A DNA stretch of 63,706 nucleotides, filler included, from Choristocarpus tenellus KU-1152 (GCA_964200185.2; 13 parts of 13 records of this genome joined end to end with filler, not necessarily neighbours in it); one strand, 5' to 3'. Shown: positions 1-12,792, numbered from the whole stretch's first letter. Numbers and translations: made by a program. The notes: a model not told the origin generated them from the letters alone.

Positions 1-1400
1 CAAGGGTGAAGTAACTTCGGATTCGGACCATCAGTACTCTCATGTGGCCTATGGACTAGAACTGAGAATTGACCACCAGATACGAAAACGGGGAACACGA
101 GACGTTGGTTGGCACGCTCCTGATTTTTAACGTGTTTATGGAGGTTACGACGTGCCAACTCAAAAGCAAGCTGTAAATTATCTTTGGTTTGCTGAGTAAA
201 CTCTTAGTAGTGACATCTGAATCAGCATTAGACGAACCAAGGATAAAGTCAACAGGTAAGAGTGAAATTATCTTAGAGGGTACGAATTTTTCCCTGTTTG
301 TCCATTTGTGGGGCTGCTTGGCTTCCCATGTGTTTTTTTATGACATTTTCCGACTCCAAAATGTTTCGGAGTAGGTAAAATGTATACATTTGTGGGGCTT
401 GACTTCCCATGTTTTTTTTTAATGACATTTTCAGACTCCAAAATTTTTTCGGAGTAGGTAAAATATATACCGTGAAAGGTGTGTCCGAAACATAGATATT
501 GACACTTCCTAACAAACACGATAGCCAAAAAATCATCAAAATCACAACATTGTATTTTGACCCCCAAATGACGCGGCTCTACCCTCTAACATACTTTGGC
601 TCTTAACGAGCTTGTCTTCCAAACAGAAGGAAAAACGGGGTTTCATGCAGCTTTGGACTGAATACCGTGTTATGGGCTAACTGTACGAAAGGCAATAACG
701 ATGCCCAGTTATCCTCAGCAACAGAGATATAAATTGCTAGCATAGAATGAATGCAATGTAGCATGTACTCTTTCTAACAGAATTTCCTTGGGGGTGATAC
801 TGTGTAGTTTTGGTTTTCTTGCAACCAAAGACAGACTGCAACTCTACAACAATACTGTTTTCAAATTTGGTACCTTGATCAGAATGTAACGACTCAGGTG
901 GACCAAAATTGAAAATACACGTTCTACCAGCGTACAAGCAATTGTTGCGGCCTCTTTATTTGGAATAGCGCTCAGCACAACAAAAGAAGTGACGTGATCA
1001 ATGGCAGAAAACACATACGAGCATATGAGACCATTTGCTGCTGGGGAACGTGTTTTGTACTCTACCAAATCAATAGCAACACGTTGAAATGGTCTGTCAA
1101 CGGGTATATGACCAGTGGGAAAACGTAGGTTTCTTATGAGCAGTCTTATGTGTTTGGCATGCTTGACAATCACGACACCATGTACGAGCGTCGATATTGA
1201 ATGTTGGCCACCAATACGAGCCTCTAATTTTATCGAACGTGGGTTTGAAACCTAAGTGACCTCCAGACAATGCATGGTCATGACAAGCATGGAGTACAAG
1301 ACAGAGTAATGAGTGAGGAACGACCAACTGGTCTCTAAATGTGCTCCTCTTACGAAGATGGCCTGGTAAATATGAACGATACAGTAAGCCATTACGAAGG
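1..1400 (-). pseudogene. Gypsy integrase remnant
   Basis: HDHALSGGHLG...CRDCQAC zinc finger, RPFQRVAIDL, LHSDQG, YHPQGNS, TPFFLLFGRQAR|LPVD (split by MITE at 260-602). Confidence 0.92.
260..602 (+). mobile_element. MITE family A, with internal ~85-bp tandem duplication
   Basis: TIRs GAGTGAAATTATCTTAGAGGGTA ... TACCCTCTAACATACTTTGGCTC; flanks TAA/TTA; interrupts the integrase. Confidence 0.9.
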
Positions 1401-1789
1401 AAAAAATACGAAATAGACGTCGTTGATTCCTTATCAGGCAGTGGGGCAATGTTGGGGGACTACAAATACCTGAAATATGGTCCGAACTCGGATTCCTGCT
1501 CCTTACGCAATTGCTCCTGGTCCACTGAAGGAAACACGGTAGTGGAACTAGTAAATAGTTCGCGATCACTTTGGACGGGCGTTGCTTGGTCAAGGTTAGA
1601 AGCAAATAACTCATATTCCTTTTGAACACGTGCGGTAAATGCACGACTACCTTCAGGCAAAATACGACAGATTGGTGCCAGCATTGGAGCAACAGATTTC
1701 TCTTGTTCCTCAAACTTGAAAATACGAGATAGACTATCAGGTGTAACATTGAGCTTACCGGGCTTATATTTGACTGTGAAATCATAAGC

Positions 1790-2960
1790 TCAATAGCCCA
1801 ACGAGTAAGCATGTTACTGGTATCCTGCATTCTATACGAGTAACACAATGCGACATGATCTGTGTGTGATGCAGATAAAGTCTCTACCCCAAAGATACGG
1901 TCGCCAATGAGTAATGGCTGTAACGACTGCGTAACACTCTCTTAATGTAGCCGAATAATGACATTGAGCTTCATTAAATTTCTTGCTGAAATATGCAATG
2001 ATACCTAGGTCTGCAAGATTATCGGATCGAGGTTGTGCTAAAACCCTCTAGCACCACTCTCACTGGCATCAACATGGACGATAAATGTTTTGGTAAAGTC
2101 AGGGAATACGAGAACTGGGGCTGCACTGAGTAATTTTTTTACTTAAAAAAATGCTACATCCTGGTCCAATCCCCATTCTTTATCCACTCTCTTGCTGACA
2201 CCTTTTCTTGTGAGATGAACTAACGGTTCGATTACTGTGGCGAAGTTGGGTATAAATTTACGCACAAAATCTAATCATACCTAGGACAGATCGAAGTTCT
2301 TTGATGGTGGTGGGTTTGGGTAATTCAGTGATTGCACGGACACGATCTTCACCGATGCAAATCCCTTCAGACGATAAAATGTGACCCATGTAACGAACGC
2401 ACTTCTTTAGGTCCGAACTGGATCTTTGATGGTTTCAAAGTTGAACCTGCTGCTTATAAAGCTTTCAATTACTGTTCTAATAGGTGTATACGTCCTTCCC
2501 ATGTTGGAGAACAAGCAACCAGATCATTCATGTAAACTAGTAACCCACCGAGGAGACCAAACTTTGCTTTGACTAAGGACATGATTCTTTGAAATTGCCA
2601 AGGGGCATTTGATATCCCAAAGGGCATCCCTCTTAAAAACTTATTTGCCTCTGGACGTGACAAAAGCAGTTTTATCAATGTCATCCTCAGCAAGAGGAAT
2701 CCGCCAATATGCACTCCCAACAGTATCAATATGAGTCTCTATATCAGGCATAGGCCAAGTCTGTCGAACAAGGTGTTAGTTAATAGTTGACCTATAGTCC
2801 ACACAGAATCGTGGGGAGCCATCAGATTTGGCCACAATAGTAACAGGACTACCCCAAGGGCTGGCACGTTTTTTAATAATACCTTGCTCTTCCATAGTAT
2901 TAACACACGAGTCAATTACTTGTTGAGTCCAGGGGTTTGCTCTATAAGGGTTCCTGTCAA
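1790..2960 (-). pseudogene. Gypsy reverse transcriptase-RNase H remnant
   Basis: PYRANP, SPWGSPV, RFCVDYR, MPFGISNAPWQFQRIM, YMND (mutated YxDD), LTRWAIEL; frameshifted. Confidence 0.92.
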
Positions 2961-3630
2961 CAGGTTTGGTACCGGGCTCTATAGGAATTTCTGCTTCAGC
3001 TAGGGTACATCTGCCTAGTTCTGCTGCATTCAACGAAAGTGCTGATCTATAACTAGCACAGAGGTCTAAAAGCTGAGACACTTGTGACTGATTGAACGTG
3101 GTGGTGTCTTTGAATGCGTTTGACTTGGTTAAGGCTTGATGTAACTCCTCTCTAGCTTTACTGAATGGAGCAGAATCAGTATTTAGAGCACTAACAGTAA
3201 TTGATACCTGATCTGAAATAGGGGTTAAGTGACCTATCACAAGATGCTTCCTGATATATACTTTCCGTGTTGTTGGATTTCCCATTTGAACCAATACTGC
3301 TCTATTACTTGCTGACCAAGTACTGAGGGTGCGAGCAGCTACGATACGATTCCATGGGTGTGTGTGTAGGTTCAGTGGTTTGATCTACAGCAGGCATGGC
3401 GTGTATGACTGGCTCCACTACCACGGTAGTATCCAATGACGGACTAGTATCAGTTGTGCAATGTACGATGATTTCATGACCATATGTTACACTGTTTATG
3501 TAAACGGACGGGTACAGGGTCAAAATCATGTTGCACACTCACCACAGAACACGAAGGAGTGGTACTTGTATAACGTACTTGAGTGGGGCTCCTTGTCATG
3601 TGATTTCTCGCTGGAATGATACACGAACTG

Positions 3631-3927
3631 TTATGAAATGAAAGACTGTTTTTGCCAATCAAGGATTGCACCGAAGGCCTGCGTGTTATGAAGCAGAATT
3701 TTATGTGGACCAAGTTGGGGAATCATTAAAGCTTCAACTGGCAATGTGGTGTCACCAAGCGTGAGTGCAAAACGAATAAATCTGCGGATATGTAAAGGTG
3801 AACCGTTTGCTGTACATGGATTTATTGCACCAGTTGGGACAGGATGCACATCAAAATGTTTCAGTTGAGGGTGATTGCGAACAAATATTTCTGAAATACA
3901 TGGTATATCACTAGCTGTGTCAATCAA
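3631..3927 (-). pseudogene. Gypsy aspartic protease remnant
   Basis: IDTASDIPCIS active-site-like motif, TANGSPL flap, located upstream of RT. Confidence 0.8.
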
Positions 3928-5720
3928 TAGTCAAGTCATTTTCTTCTTTTTCTTCAATGGTGCCAGATACACAAACCCTTTGTGATGAAAACGACAAAGG
4001 TTTGGGCATGGCTGGATATCTGCATAAAGAACTGTTGAACCAAGTTTCATTATTGTTACACGAGTTTGGTTGAACTAATGGCAAAGAAAAATGCTTAGTG
4101 ACAAGCGTGGAGGCAATAAGCGATGCCTGCGGGGCAAGAGGTGTGACTGGTGTCAACCTCTGACGCTTGCCACTCCCTACGATGGTGTCAACAACACCAT
4201 GGCTGTTCCCAAGTGGACAGGAGTCAAATTCACCTGGGCACCCCTAGGGACGAGGACCATAATGGCCAGGTACTGACTATCCTCACGAGCACGGACACGA
4301 CTTCCATGACCCTGCCTCTACGACGCAAGTTTGGTAAACGAGCACCCCTCGGATTGTCCAGGCACGACTGTGTTGAGTGACCCTCACGAGTCGCTGCCTG
4401 GCAACCTGGGTACCGGTAAACACTATTTTGTTGATCCATGGTTGTACTGCGAGTTGGACGGTGACTCTGCGTAGGATGACGTGTCTTGTGGTCGTGTAGT
4501 ACTGTCAGTGGCCTTGGCTGAGGGACGTCAACGACGAGTTGGGGCCCTGTTGAGAGGTGTTTCTCCCACTCGGTGACATTCCACCTCTGTATGTAGCCTT
4601 TGACATTTGCGCTGCAAATGCTCAAATTCTTTACGGGGAACCTGTTGTCCATGACGAGGATTGTGGGTCACAGCACTCGTGTAAGTAATGGGGGTGGGTT
4701 ATGCCCGACAGATTGTTAGCTTCATGTTGTTTGGCACGGTCACGAGCTTAGGCAAATGAGGTGGCGGGTTCGTCCCGAATCTGTTCAAGACGAATTTCAG
4801 GGAGTAAGCCGTCTTCTTCCATCAAGTTTATTTTCAGTTGCTCGACAAGAAAAGTTTTCGTGTCGACTTAATCTGAAGACGATGTTGTGCGATGAACATC
4901 TAAAAAACGATTCATTGCTATGGTGCAAAGTAAGGTAAATTGGTGAACCGACACGTTCTCCCCCTGTTTTAAGGACTTTAGTCTACGAGCTGATACAATT
5001 ACCGCATGGGCGGGGGTAAACGCGGTGATAAGTCTTTCAGGTTATCATCCCAAGTCCTTGGAGGTGTAATGGGGACAGGGGTGTCAAGGGATGATTGCAA
5101 TCGAGCAAATCACTTGTTGAACGCCTCAAAAATAAAAGGTTTCTGCTGGTCCTTCAAGAATTTTGGGTAAAAATTCTACACACTGAGCATTAATCGTCTC
5201 AGCGGAAGCGGGACCATACTGACTAGAATGCAAGGATATTGCCACGTTCCATTTGGAGAACAACAATGGTAAATTCTCTTCTCCAGAACATGTAATGACA
5301 AGACCAGATGGTATTTCCGAAGCGGAAAACTTGAAACGACTCCCTTCTGACATTAGTGGTAAGCGTGCAACGTCGCTACTCTGTTGAAGGGATCTTACAT
5401 GATAGGTGTACGTTCCTTGAACTTGGAGTTTCATCAGGTCCTAAAGCCATTCAGGAGGCACGGTGATCTCGACGAGTTTTACGGTCGCCTGAGCTAACAC
5501 GATGCTCAAGGGTCGACAACACGGGTCTGGCATGCGTCTGACGATCTTGGACCTCCTCTTATGGTGTTCTGGATGGTTCCACACCTAGAATTTCGTGCTC
5601 CAGTGCACGACCTCTTCGCCTCGGTCTTGAGTTCAGCATCCTTCATCCGTAGTCAAACAGAAATTCCATGCCACCCCATTTCTGAGAAATCTGGTTTCGT
5701 CAATGTCAATCGTGTGATTC

Positions 5721-6246
5721 TGTAACGGCGATGTTCAGATAACTCAGGAGAGGGTAGTGAAGAGAATCCCTGGGCAAGACGGACCACACGAATTAGGACG
5801 AACCGTCACCCAGGGTACGAGTTTAAGGTTGGACAAGCGCAAACCTTAGGAGTGATCAGCACCATCAAACTCGGGGTTTAATCACCATCAGTTAAGACGT
5901 GACAATAAAGTAGATCTTCCATATGTGACAAATCTGAATTATGAATTGTCCCATCAATGAAATTAGTCACGTGAAGAGAATAAATTCCATTATTTCATTC
6001 TAACGGAAAGACGTCAGTGAAATCATGGACTCTTGATTGGAAACCTCGGCGCGTCAGGTGATCAATTATCCATTGAACAATAGTAGGTAACCTGTGACGC
6101 TCCTGTGTGTTTGGGAGACGGTGCCCCAGTCGGAATCCTCATACCCCACCAAGAGCTCTCCGTCCCCTCCGTTTATATCTTTAGTCCCCCAACCATAGTG
6201 ATTGCAGACGTCCAGTGTCCCAGATACGTAGCGCAGAACGTGTTAC
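5721..6246 (-). repeat. Candidate 5' LTR of the Gypsy element
   Basis: Non-coding ~526 bp bounded by inverted TGTAAC ... GTTAC (contig ends here), upstream of gag; second LTR not in window and no clean adjacent PBS. Confidence 0.5.
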
Positions 6247-6346
6247 NNNNNNNNNNNNNNNNNNNNNNNNNNNNNNNNNNNNNNNNNNNNTTAATTAATT
6301 AANNNNNNNNNNNNNNNNNNNNNNNNNNNNNNNNNNNNNNNNNNNN
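6247..6346. other. Artificial contig linker
   Basis: 44N+TTAATTAATTAA+44N (stops in all six frames). Confidence 0.98.
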
Positions 6347-7566
6347 GGGCGTTGGGGTCCATACCAAGGTCTCCGCCTATCCCACTCCATTCTGTGCTGT
6401 GCATGTATTGCTTTACGCTAACCTTCACCCGCCCATCACCGCCTTTTTCAACGCGAAAAGCCCTGTAGCTCGTGATGTTGGGGACACGGTTGACGCGACC
6501 GCGAAGGAGTCCCTTGAATTTGCCCTTGTTCTGCAGGGTCTTGTAGTATACTGGAACCTCCGTGTAGGAGGCCTGCAGCTCTTCACCCAGCTGTGTTCTT
6601 GTGAATATATATTTTGCCTTTTATTCCACGTGAGAACCTGAAGGTGAAATGCAAGCAAGTTAATTTCGAGGTGGGGGCGAAAGAAGCGAAGTGGATAAGC
6701 AAGATATATATGCAGGCGCATGCTCTGATGCATGTATATGGAAGTATAGATATAAAATTGGGTGATGCGTACATTTTTTTTCATTGTTTTGTTTCGAGAG
6801 TATGTTACGAAACAGTTTTGGCAGCTGCTCTTATCGTTCAATATTATTGTGGGGAAATCAAAAGCCAATCGATCAATTACAGCGTACGGCAATAAACCTT
6901 CCAGGAATGCAACAAGCGTGAGCTGCAAGCCTCGAGGCAGTATCTGTCCGTATAAAAACACTATGTGGCTATCGAATTTGCTTATCTTGCCTAATTACCT
7001 GGAGAAGATCTGATTGATTTTGATGTGCGTGTGCCCCACCATCATAAACTGTATCTCGACCACACGAATGACACTCGCCGCAACCAACAGCCCCGCGTAT
7101 CCGAGAAAGAAATTGTTCTTATTCTCTGAGACGCAATTGTCGACCTGGCCAGTTTGGGGAGTTGGGAGCGAGGGAGGGATGTGCGTGAGGCCAATATTTC
7201 AGCCCATTTCGCCGTGTTTCGTGGAGGAACAGGGTAGGTTTCTAGTATTGCTAGAGCGCAATCTCTACATCACCGCCATAATACATGCAGGTTGCAACAC
7301 ACAAACCAAAACTAAAGACCGTGCAGTTAGTTACTTGGTGACTGGTATTTAGCGAGTATGTGTTGAATAGGTCATGTCAAGTTGAAACCTTATCTGCCAA
7401 TGCGCGTGCTGGATGATGCAATTCCCCGAGTCATCGAGGCTGTTGCGGTACTTGTCGATAAGCCTTGTGAGGGCAAGGTGGGTGGCTGTGCAGACAAGGT
7501 TACAACCTGCGCGAACAATGATGTTCAACAAGTGTTGGCAAAAGGTACTCTGCTCGTTTACGCATT

Positions 7567-7825
7567 GAGTGAAAGTATCTTAGACGGTACGGGTTTTGCC
7601 CTCTTCATCCATTTAGGGCTTGACTTCCCATGAGTTATTTTAATATATTTTCCTATTTCAAATTTTTCAGGAGTAGGTGAAGTATGTATCATATGAAAAG
7701 GTGTGTTCAGAACATCGATATTGACACCTCTTAACAAACACAATGGTCAACATTACATCAAAATCGCAACATTGTATTTTGGCCCCCAAATGGACGCGGC
7801 TCTACCCTCTAAGATACTTTGGCTC
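7567..7825 (+). mobile_element. MITE family A (full length, intronic)
   Basis: GAGTGAAAGTATCTTAG...CTAAGATACTTTGGCTC; TSD ATT. Confidence 0.93.
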
Positions 7826-8533
7826 ATTGTTTATTTGGAGCTAAAAAGAGGGGTAATGTAATTTGTTTATGCAATGTAGAGGACATACACCCATACAGCT
7901 GATGTACATGTCTGCGATCTCCACTACCCATTGATTAGCTCTTACACTACTCTAGAGTACGTACCTCCTCCAAGATTGATAGGAGTGAAGAACACCTCCG
8001 CGAACTGGCCTTCGACGTGTGCAGCCATGATCTTCTGGCGCTCGAAGTAGCCCCTGATAAGGGGAACATGAACGAAAGGAACATGTAAGGAAAGGTCATC
8101 ATGATGAACGGAATAGGTAGTGGAATTATGTGCGTTTGCTTTGGCGACTATTTCTTGGGACTTTGCACTCATCTGTAGGATAAAACATGGTCATCTATTC
8201 TGTTCCGCGTGCGGCTGCAAAGTTCTTGTCGGATGGATTGTGTGTGCGTGTGGTTACCTGTCACCGTTGTGGGCAGGTGGGTAAAGTGCTGGGAGGGCGT
8301 GTGCTGTCTGGTTCGCGGCGTCTACGGACATGAACACGAAGCTGAGAGGTTTGCCGTCGACTTTGGCCCGCATGGTGTTGCTGGTGCTGTTGGCGATGAC
8401 CAGCCGATCCGCTTTGATAATCTGGCGAATGGGGGACAGCAACATCACGTGAATTAATCAAATAAATCTGCTCAGAGTAAAAAAAAAAATGCCGCTTGTT
8501 AACACATATCAGGTTTGTTACAAAAATGTAGTC

Positions 8534-8791
8534 GAGTCAAAGTATCTTAGAGGGTAGAGCCGCGTCCATTTGGGGCTAAAACCTAATGTTGCAATTTTGA
8601 TGTAATTTTGGCCATCGTGTTTGTTTGGAAATGTCAATATCCACGTTCTGGACACTCCTTTTCATACTGTATATATTTTACCTACTCCGAAACATTTTGG
8701 AGTTGGTAGAATGTCATTTAAAACCCGTGAGAAGCCAAGCCCCAAATGGACAAACAGGGCAAAAATCGTACCCTCTGAGATAGTTTCACTC
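8534..8791 (-). mobile_element. MITE family A (full length, intronic)
   Basis: Reverse copy with both TIRs; TSD AGTC. Confidence 0.93.
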
Positions 8792-10259
8792 AGTCTGGGT
8801 ATTAATAGATGTTAGTATTGGGATATGTTTTTTATTGCTGCGTTCAAAACAAACACCAAGTTATCGGGATGGTAGGAAGTACGCATGTACCAGGCCGGAA
8901 GACCGCTACATGACCTGTCCCTCCCACAGCCCGTTGTACACTACCAGGAAGCAGTCTATCGTGCAAGGTGTTTGGGCAGCTAATAGCAGCAAGTTTTGGG
9001 GTGAGTGAGGCTACTGCTGCTGCCATAAACACCTACGTGGGAGTCTTCATTCGCAAAAGGACACGGATTTACTTCAAAACGGAGGACTATGACGGTGATA
9101 TGTTGTCACTGTACCCTTGTTGCAAAATTAACGCTGGACACCTACCTGTCGATGGTCTGACAGCTCCTTATCGATGGAGTTGAGCACGGTGGAGTTGTTT
9201 GTGGGTTTTACACCAGGCGCACCGTGCCGCTTCTCTTTTAACGTGACACACATGTCACATTTCATAAACTCGCCTCCTACCCTCACCCGGATTTGGGCCT
9301 GTCCTCTCTGAGCAATCGGAGGAAGTACTCCTTGCTTACCCGCTCGGAAGGGTCGTCAGGATACACCTGTATTGCCTCTTTGCAAAAATCCTTGTATAGC
9401 TCCTAACTAAAAATGTTGGTTGTGTGGGCAAGTGAGGAGTTATCGAGAAGGAACACTCGAAGAAACCCCCTGCAACATCTCTCGAAGGCGGACTGACCAA
9501 TAACTTTACTGAGAACGTGGAAGACAGGATCAAGCAAGCTTACATCATGCGTTACGAAATAGCAAATACAATGATCTGATCAAATCTGCCATGAGCGTCG
9601 TTCGGTTCGGGCCTCGCTGCCGTTTGCAGAGGCGACAAAGGAGACGAATCTACTATCATCATCATCATCGCGAAGCGCTTTGGACATACGAAGTACACAC
9701 TTTTCCTACCAATTTCAGACCGGGTCCAGGGCGGCAGAGTATGTGTGCTCGGCGTTGAAATAACATTTATTGTGTCTTCCTTCGTAAAATCGACAACGAG
9801 TATCATCATGAATATTGAAATATCGACATAGTAAACGAAAAATATAGCACTTTGTACGAATCTTGACATGTTCTTTTAACCATAATATCAAACCGGTCAA
9901 GGTAATGAACATCCACCACTCAATATACTACTTAGATCCACCTTTTCTACGTACTGCCGGGTCACACGGTTTGCATCTAACTCCAACACAGGGTGCAGCC
10001 AACCTCTCCACAACCAAGGGAAAAACCGACCTGTTTGTTCGCGGCGTAGATCACAATTGTTGACTTGCAAGGCATGAACTGCCCGTATGTATCAGCCCAG
10101 TAGTCTATCCAGGACATCACTAGGTCTCGCTTCGGACCCATGTCCTTATCCTGTTCGTGCCGCTCCTGTTGTAGTAGCGCACGTATGTCTATGGATGGTT
10201 GGGATGTGTGTTGGAGGTGGATACGAGGGACGGGGGATGGAATCCTAGAGGTATCGTAT

Positions 10260-10359
10260 NNNNNNNNNNNNNNNNNNNNNNNNNNNNNNNNNNNNNNNNN
10301 NNNTTAATTAATTAANNNNNNNNNNNNNNNNNNNNNNNNNNNNNNNNNNNNNNNNNNNN
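10260..10359. other. Artificial contig linker
   Basis: Same 100-bp linker. Confidence 0.98.
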
Positions 10360-11003
10360 GCGAACATCGACATCCTGTTGTCGGTGTAGTGTCAACAACA
10401 TGTGTATTTTATTGGAGGCTCGATAAAGGCTTCGAGAGGTCTGCCCGTGCACCCCTGTGTTGTTGCTAGTGAGGAAGGAGCTCATAGACAACCTTTCGCT
10501 CATAACGTTCATGATGACCAACGAATGACAAAAGATATCAAAACATGTGAACTGCTCTTCTATTTGTACCTGTTTTGTGCACTTGGTAGATGTGAAGGTG
10601 TCCTGCGACTACACAAACCGCTTGTATCTTGGGCGTGGCGATGATTCTCGGATGTGTTGGTTTGGGTTGGTGATTTGGTCAATGAAATATAGGTCGTTTG
10701 TTGGAGGTTCAACGTTTCTTGTATTTTTCAATTAAGTTTACAGGGAAAGGACAAGTTACAACCAATATTGTTTCTTGTAATACTGTGGTTGTAATATTGA
10801 ATTCTGGATCCTTAAGAGACTCAGAAATATTGTAGAAGATTAGTTCCCGAAATAAATAGTGTACTTGGTGCATGGAAATTTCCAACAAGGGAAAAATTAT
10901 GGGTATATTGTAGTCGAGTGTATATTTGAGAGGTCTGGATAAAATTTACCAGATATGTCACGTTATTTATCCTCTACCATTTACTATTTATTAGATTTTT
11001 ATA

Positions 11004-11383
11004 ATTATGCCCTCAGACATTTTCAAGATGTGTGAGGAGGGAAACCAATTCAAACTATGCATATTGTCAGTATCTTGAAAATGAAGATAACTGTCTAGAC
11101 TTGTCACGCGTTTTGAGCTGGAATCACCAGGGAGATGAGCACGAGGGGTTTATTGGATTCTTGGGATGCCTCCATAGCTCCTCCGTGGGCGAACAGGTCT
11201 AAGTAGATTGGAGACACAGGAGAGCAGTAGTAGTAGTACAACATATTAGTCAGGTAACAAATGGATTCGGGTGTTTTTCATATTTATGACATTTTATTTC
11301 TTTAGGGCTTATACTAACATTATGTATAGTTTTCATTGGTTTCCCCCCCCCTGACATATCTACAAAATGTCAGAGGGCGTAAT
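11004..11383. mobile_element. Foldback/MITE-like element family D with ~70-bp imperfect TIRs
   Basis: ATTATGCCCTCAGACATTTT...GTCAGTAT (11004-11072) is the inverted match of 11311-11383; the same arm recurs at 39726-39745 and 61055-61157. Confidence 0.7.
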
Positions 11384-11894
11384 AATATATACCTGATTAA
11401 AGAGAATGAAAAAGTTGAGTTTTGTACCCACTAAATATTTGATTTTAACTTAGCCTGTTCACGCAAAATAAAATACATCCAAATTTGTGTAACGGCGATA
11501 AGAAAGTACACTACAAAAACCAGATTGCGCAAAATGAAGTTCACTATAAAAAAAAAATGAAAAAACAAGAAACGCCACCCGAAGGTGACAGGCAAATTCA
11601 AACCATCTTCAGCACGGGCAGTGGGTGCCCTGTGACGAAAGAGCAGTCTGTCTTAGCCCGTTTTAGCTTCCGTCTATTTCGACCCTTCCCTAGACAGTTC
11701 CCTCCAGTGGATAGAGCAATGGAGGTAGTGTGCAATATAGTCTGGTAGTCAATATGTTATCTTTTTTATACCCAATAGCTCGTAAATAAAATGTTGATTG
11801 AGTGGATTAAGTGTCAATGTGTTGATTCCGGAGGCTCAAAGTAATTGGTTCGAACCTCAACGATTTCATGCTTTATTTCTGCTTAATATAAGTA

Positions 11895-12070
11895 GGTGAC
11901 GCAGGACGACTGACTCTGCTACGACTGTCGTATTGTGACTGACACAGACACGTTCTGACGTGTCTGCTGACGACTGACTCAGCTACGACTGAGGCTGGGG
12001 ATCATTGACGCAGCTATGACTGACGTAGTGTGAATGACACAGACGCGTTCTGAGGTGTCTGCTGACGTGT
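11895..12070. repeat. GACT/GACG-rich short tandem repeat with duplicated ~60-bp unit
   Basis: 11912-11972 and 12007-12067 are diverged direct repeats; the first contains the hairpin CAGACACGT-tctg-ACGTGTCTG. Confidence 0.7.
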
Positions 12071-12207
12071 GCAATAGATAACGAGGCAGAGCAGAGCACC
12101 CCGCCACCCCAAGGGATGGTGCTCACTCCGCTAATTAATACATCCATACCACATAAAGCAAAAAAACTCTATTAGAGTAGCTCTCTTTTGCACAGGTAGG
12201 TCTTTGT

Positions 12208-12379
12208 GACCCAAAATATCTAGGGGAGGGGGGTTCTACACCAGGGAATCCATTTTGGGGCAAAATCAGCAAAAGTGCATTTATTTACATTATCCATCCG
12301 ATGTATGCAACCATTGCGACATGAAAAAAATGACCCCAAATGGACAGCTGCCACCCCCCCTCCCCAGATACTTTGAGCC
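12208..12379 (+). mobile_element. MITE family B
   Basis: GACCCAAAATATCT-polyG ... polyC-AGATACTTTGAGCC; TSD TGT. Confidence 0.9.
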
Positions 12380-12792
12380 TGTCCGAATGGTGTCGACTTC
12401 TATCACTCGCCCTGTCTGTGGCTAAAGCAAGTGGGGATTGAAGCACAGGCTGGAGAACGGATGTGACTAGTCGAACAGGTTTTGATGCATTGCTTTTTGG
12501 AATGAACGAGGACGGTATTTCACAGGAACCGAAGCAGGTTGTTTGTTTAAGGCAGCAGAACACAGACAGCGGGCAAGGAGTTCCGGATCAAAACAGGTTG
12601 GATCATGTCGAATAACCTACTGTTATATCCTTTCTTTATTTGTGTTGATACAAGTATATAGCATAGGTTACATGTACGTTTAATTTAGTTCGGTACAATA
12701 AGTCAACATCCACATTCACACGTCAGTGATGATGGATGGTTGGCGGCCAATTAATGATTCAGTGTATGTTTTAACACGTAACTCAACTAATA

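Larger units (their letters stand above)
1..6246 (-). mobile_element. Degenerate Ty3/Gypsy LTR retrotransposon (gag-PR-RT-RNaseH-INT), 3' end outside window
   Basis: Minus-strand ORF fragments in Gypsy order: protease IDTASD, RT SPWGSPVTIVAKSDGSPRFCVDYR / MPFGISNAP / VYMND, RNase H, integrase HHCC and core; many stops and frameshifts. Confidence 0.95.
6347..9403 (-). pseudogene. Intron-containing Sola-like (DUF7869-type) transposase pseudogene; exons about 9403-9146, 8421-8258, 8053-7965, 7506-7394, 7144-6999, 6637-6347
   Basis: Manual splicing gives FMKCDMC...ELSDHRQ|IIKADRL...FMSVDAANQTAHALP...DR|GYFERQKIMAAHVEG...NLGG|GCNLVCT...HWQ|VDNCVSENKNNFFLGY...FMMVGHTHIKINQIFS|RFSRG; four GT-AG introns and one AT-AG (mutated donor); two frameshifts. 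Family name from motif recall. Confidence 0.8.

Noticed and set aside
268-567. Recurrent small ORF family (VYILPTPKHFGVG..., also 8621, 13520, 45521, 54211)
   Set aside because: Chance translations of MITE A; frames and starts are not conserved
6291-6302. TTAATTAATTAA recurring 12 times as a possible biological motif
   Set aside because: Always centred in an identical 100-bp N block; it is an artificial six-frame-stop linker
11960-11995. Hammerhead ribozyme (CTGACGA followed by a small hairpin)
   Set aside because: No GAAA core or closing stems
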